DNA from: Atractiella rhizophila
Taxonomy: Eukaryota
Length of the DNA: 21,716 nt
NCBI GenBank assembly: GCA_021432655.1
Contig: MU271357.1
Location: 62,001 to 83,716, forward strand
Direction: 5' to 3'
Positions 21,030 to 21,716 of this stretch are shown here, in pieces. The position numbers and the translations under genes were made by a program. Each line of letters opens with the position of its first letter. Positions within the stretch are counted from its first letter, which is position 1. The notes beneath the pieces were generated by a model. That model made no database searches. It had not been told where the DNA came from and saw only the letters and a program-made list of their open reading frames with translations.

Positions 21030-21716
21030 AGAGTAGGATGATTCGCAGCTAAAATCTGTCGAACCTGCCTTTGGCATTTGTTAGGCTATCAACTATCTTC
21101 TACTGAATTGCCATATTAGATATTCTAGATATTCGGGACTGCTCTCCACCTTCGTCACTCCGTAAGGCAGTGGAGGATGTTCCGTGAGCACTCTAGCTAT
21201 GTTACTACCTCCAAGAATTAGCAATAAGCCCAATACGGCAGGGAGCATCCTATGCGGAACTGCTCTATAAAGTTATCACTAACAGAAGTTATCAGTAACG
21301 GGGATCGATCTCACTACACGCTGACTCATACGTGCATTTTTTGAATGGGAAACAAAGACGTCGCTCAAATTGTTCACACTGATCCATGTCTAGTTCTTTG
21401 CCTCTCATGGATGTGAGAGCTCAGCGCCTCTTCTGACTGCTACGAATCGCGTTGCATTAACCGTAATAGATAGCAACTTCGGTCGCTCTTGGCGTCTTTC
21501 CTTGTCTTTCCTTTCGAGAGCGTACGTCCATCCGTGCGAGACATGGCCTGACGTTTTCGTGGAGCAGAATGCACTCTCCTCGAACTCCCAGTGGGTTCTT
21601 CTCTCGCAAAGAACGACCGACTACTGTGAACATCATCTTCCGATCCAACAAGGAAATAGCCGAAGACCACTACTCTTCCCTTACTGATGCTGCCATCTCT
21701 GTCCAACCCGCCTGCA

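Noticed and set aside
21440..21716. Minus-strand ORF open to the right edge of the window
   Set aside because: Short, no recognisable domain and no ATG; it could be the end of a gene outside the window but cannot be supported from this sequence.

Overview
Eukaryotic, intron-dense fungal genomic DNA. The many 45-100 nt GT-AG introns with CTRAY branch points and micro-exons suggest a basidiomycete (inference; species not identifiable from the window). Supported genes, left to right: (1) a partial minus-strand protein with an SP/TP-rich N-terminus and coiled coil; (2) a Hook-family dynein adaptor (-); (3) an OPT-family oligopeptide transporter (-) broken by an out-of-frame 464-bp tandem duplication; (4) a 3-hydroxyisobutyrate dehydrogenase-like gene (+) with an in-frame 96-bp duplication and an unexplained ~316-aa charged C-terminal extension; (5-7) a compact trio of a QutC/QA-4-like 3-dehydroshikimate dehydratase (+), a TsaC/FabG-like NAD-type SDR (-) and a QutD/QA-Y-like quinate permease (+), the last two sharing a divergent promoter; (8) an F-box-like gene with a frame break. 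The best candidate for new biology is the qut-like trio, where an SDR appears in place of the canonical QutB/QutE enzymes. Both tandem duplications look more like haplotype or assembly artefacts than biology. No RNA genes, CRISPR arrays or intact mobile elements were recognised. All family calls come from motif recognition by eye, not from database searches.
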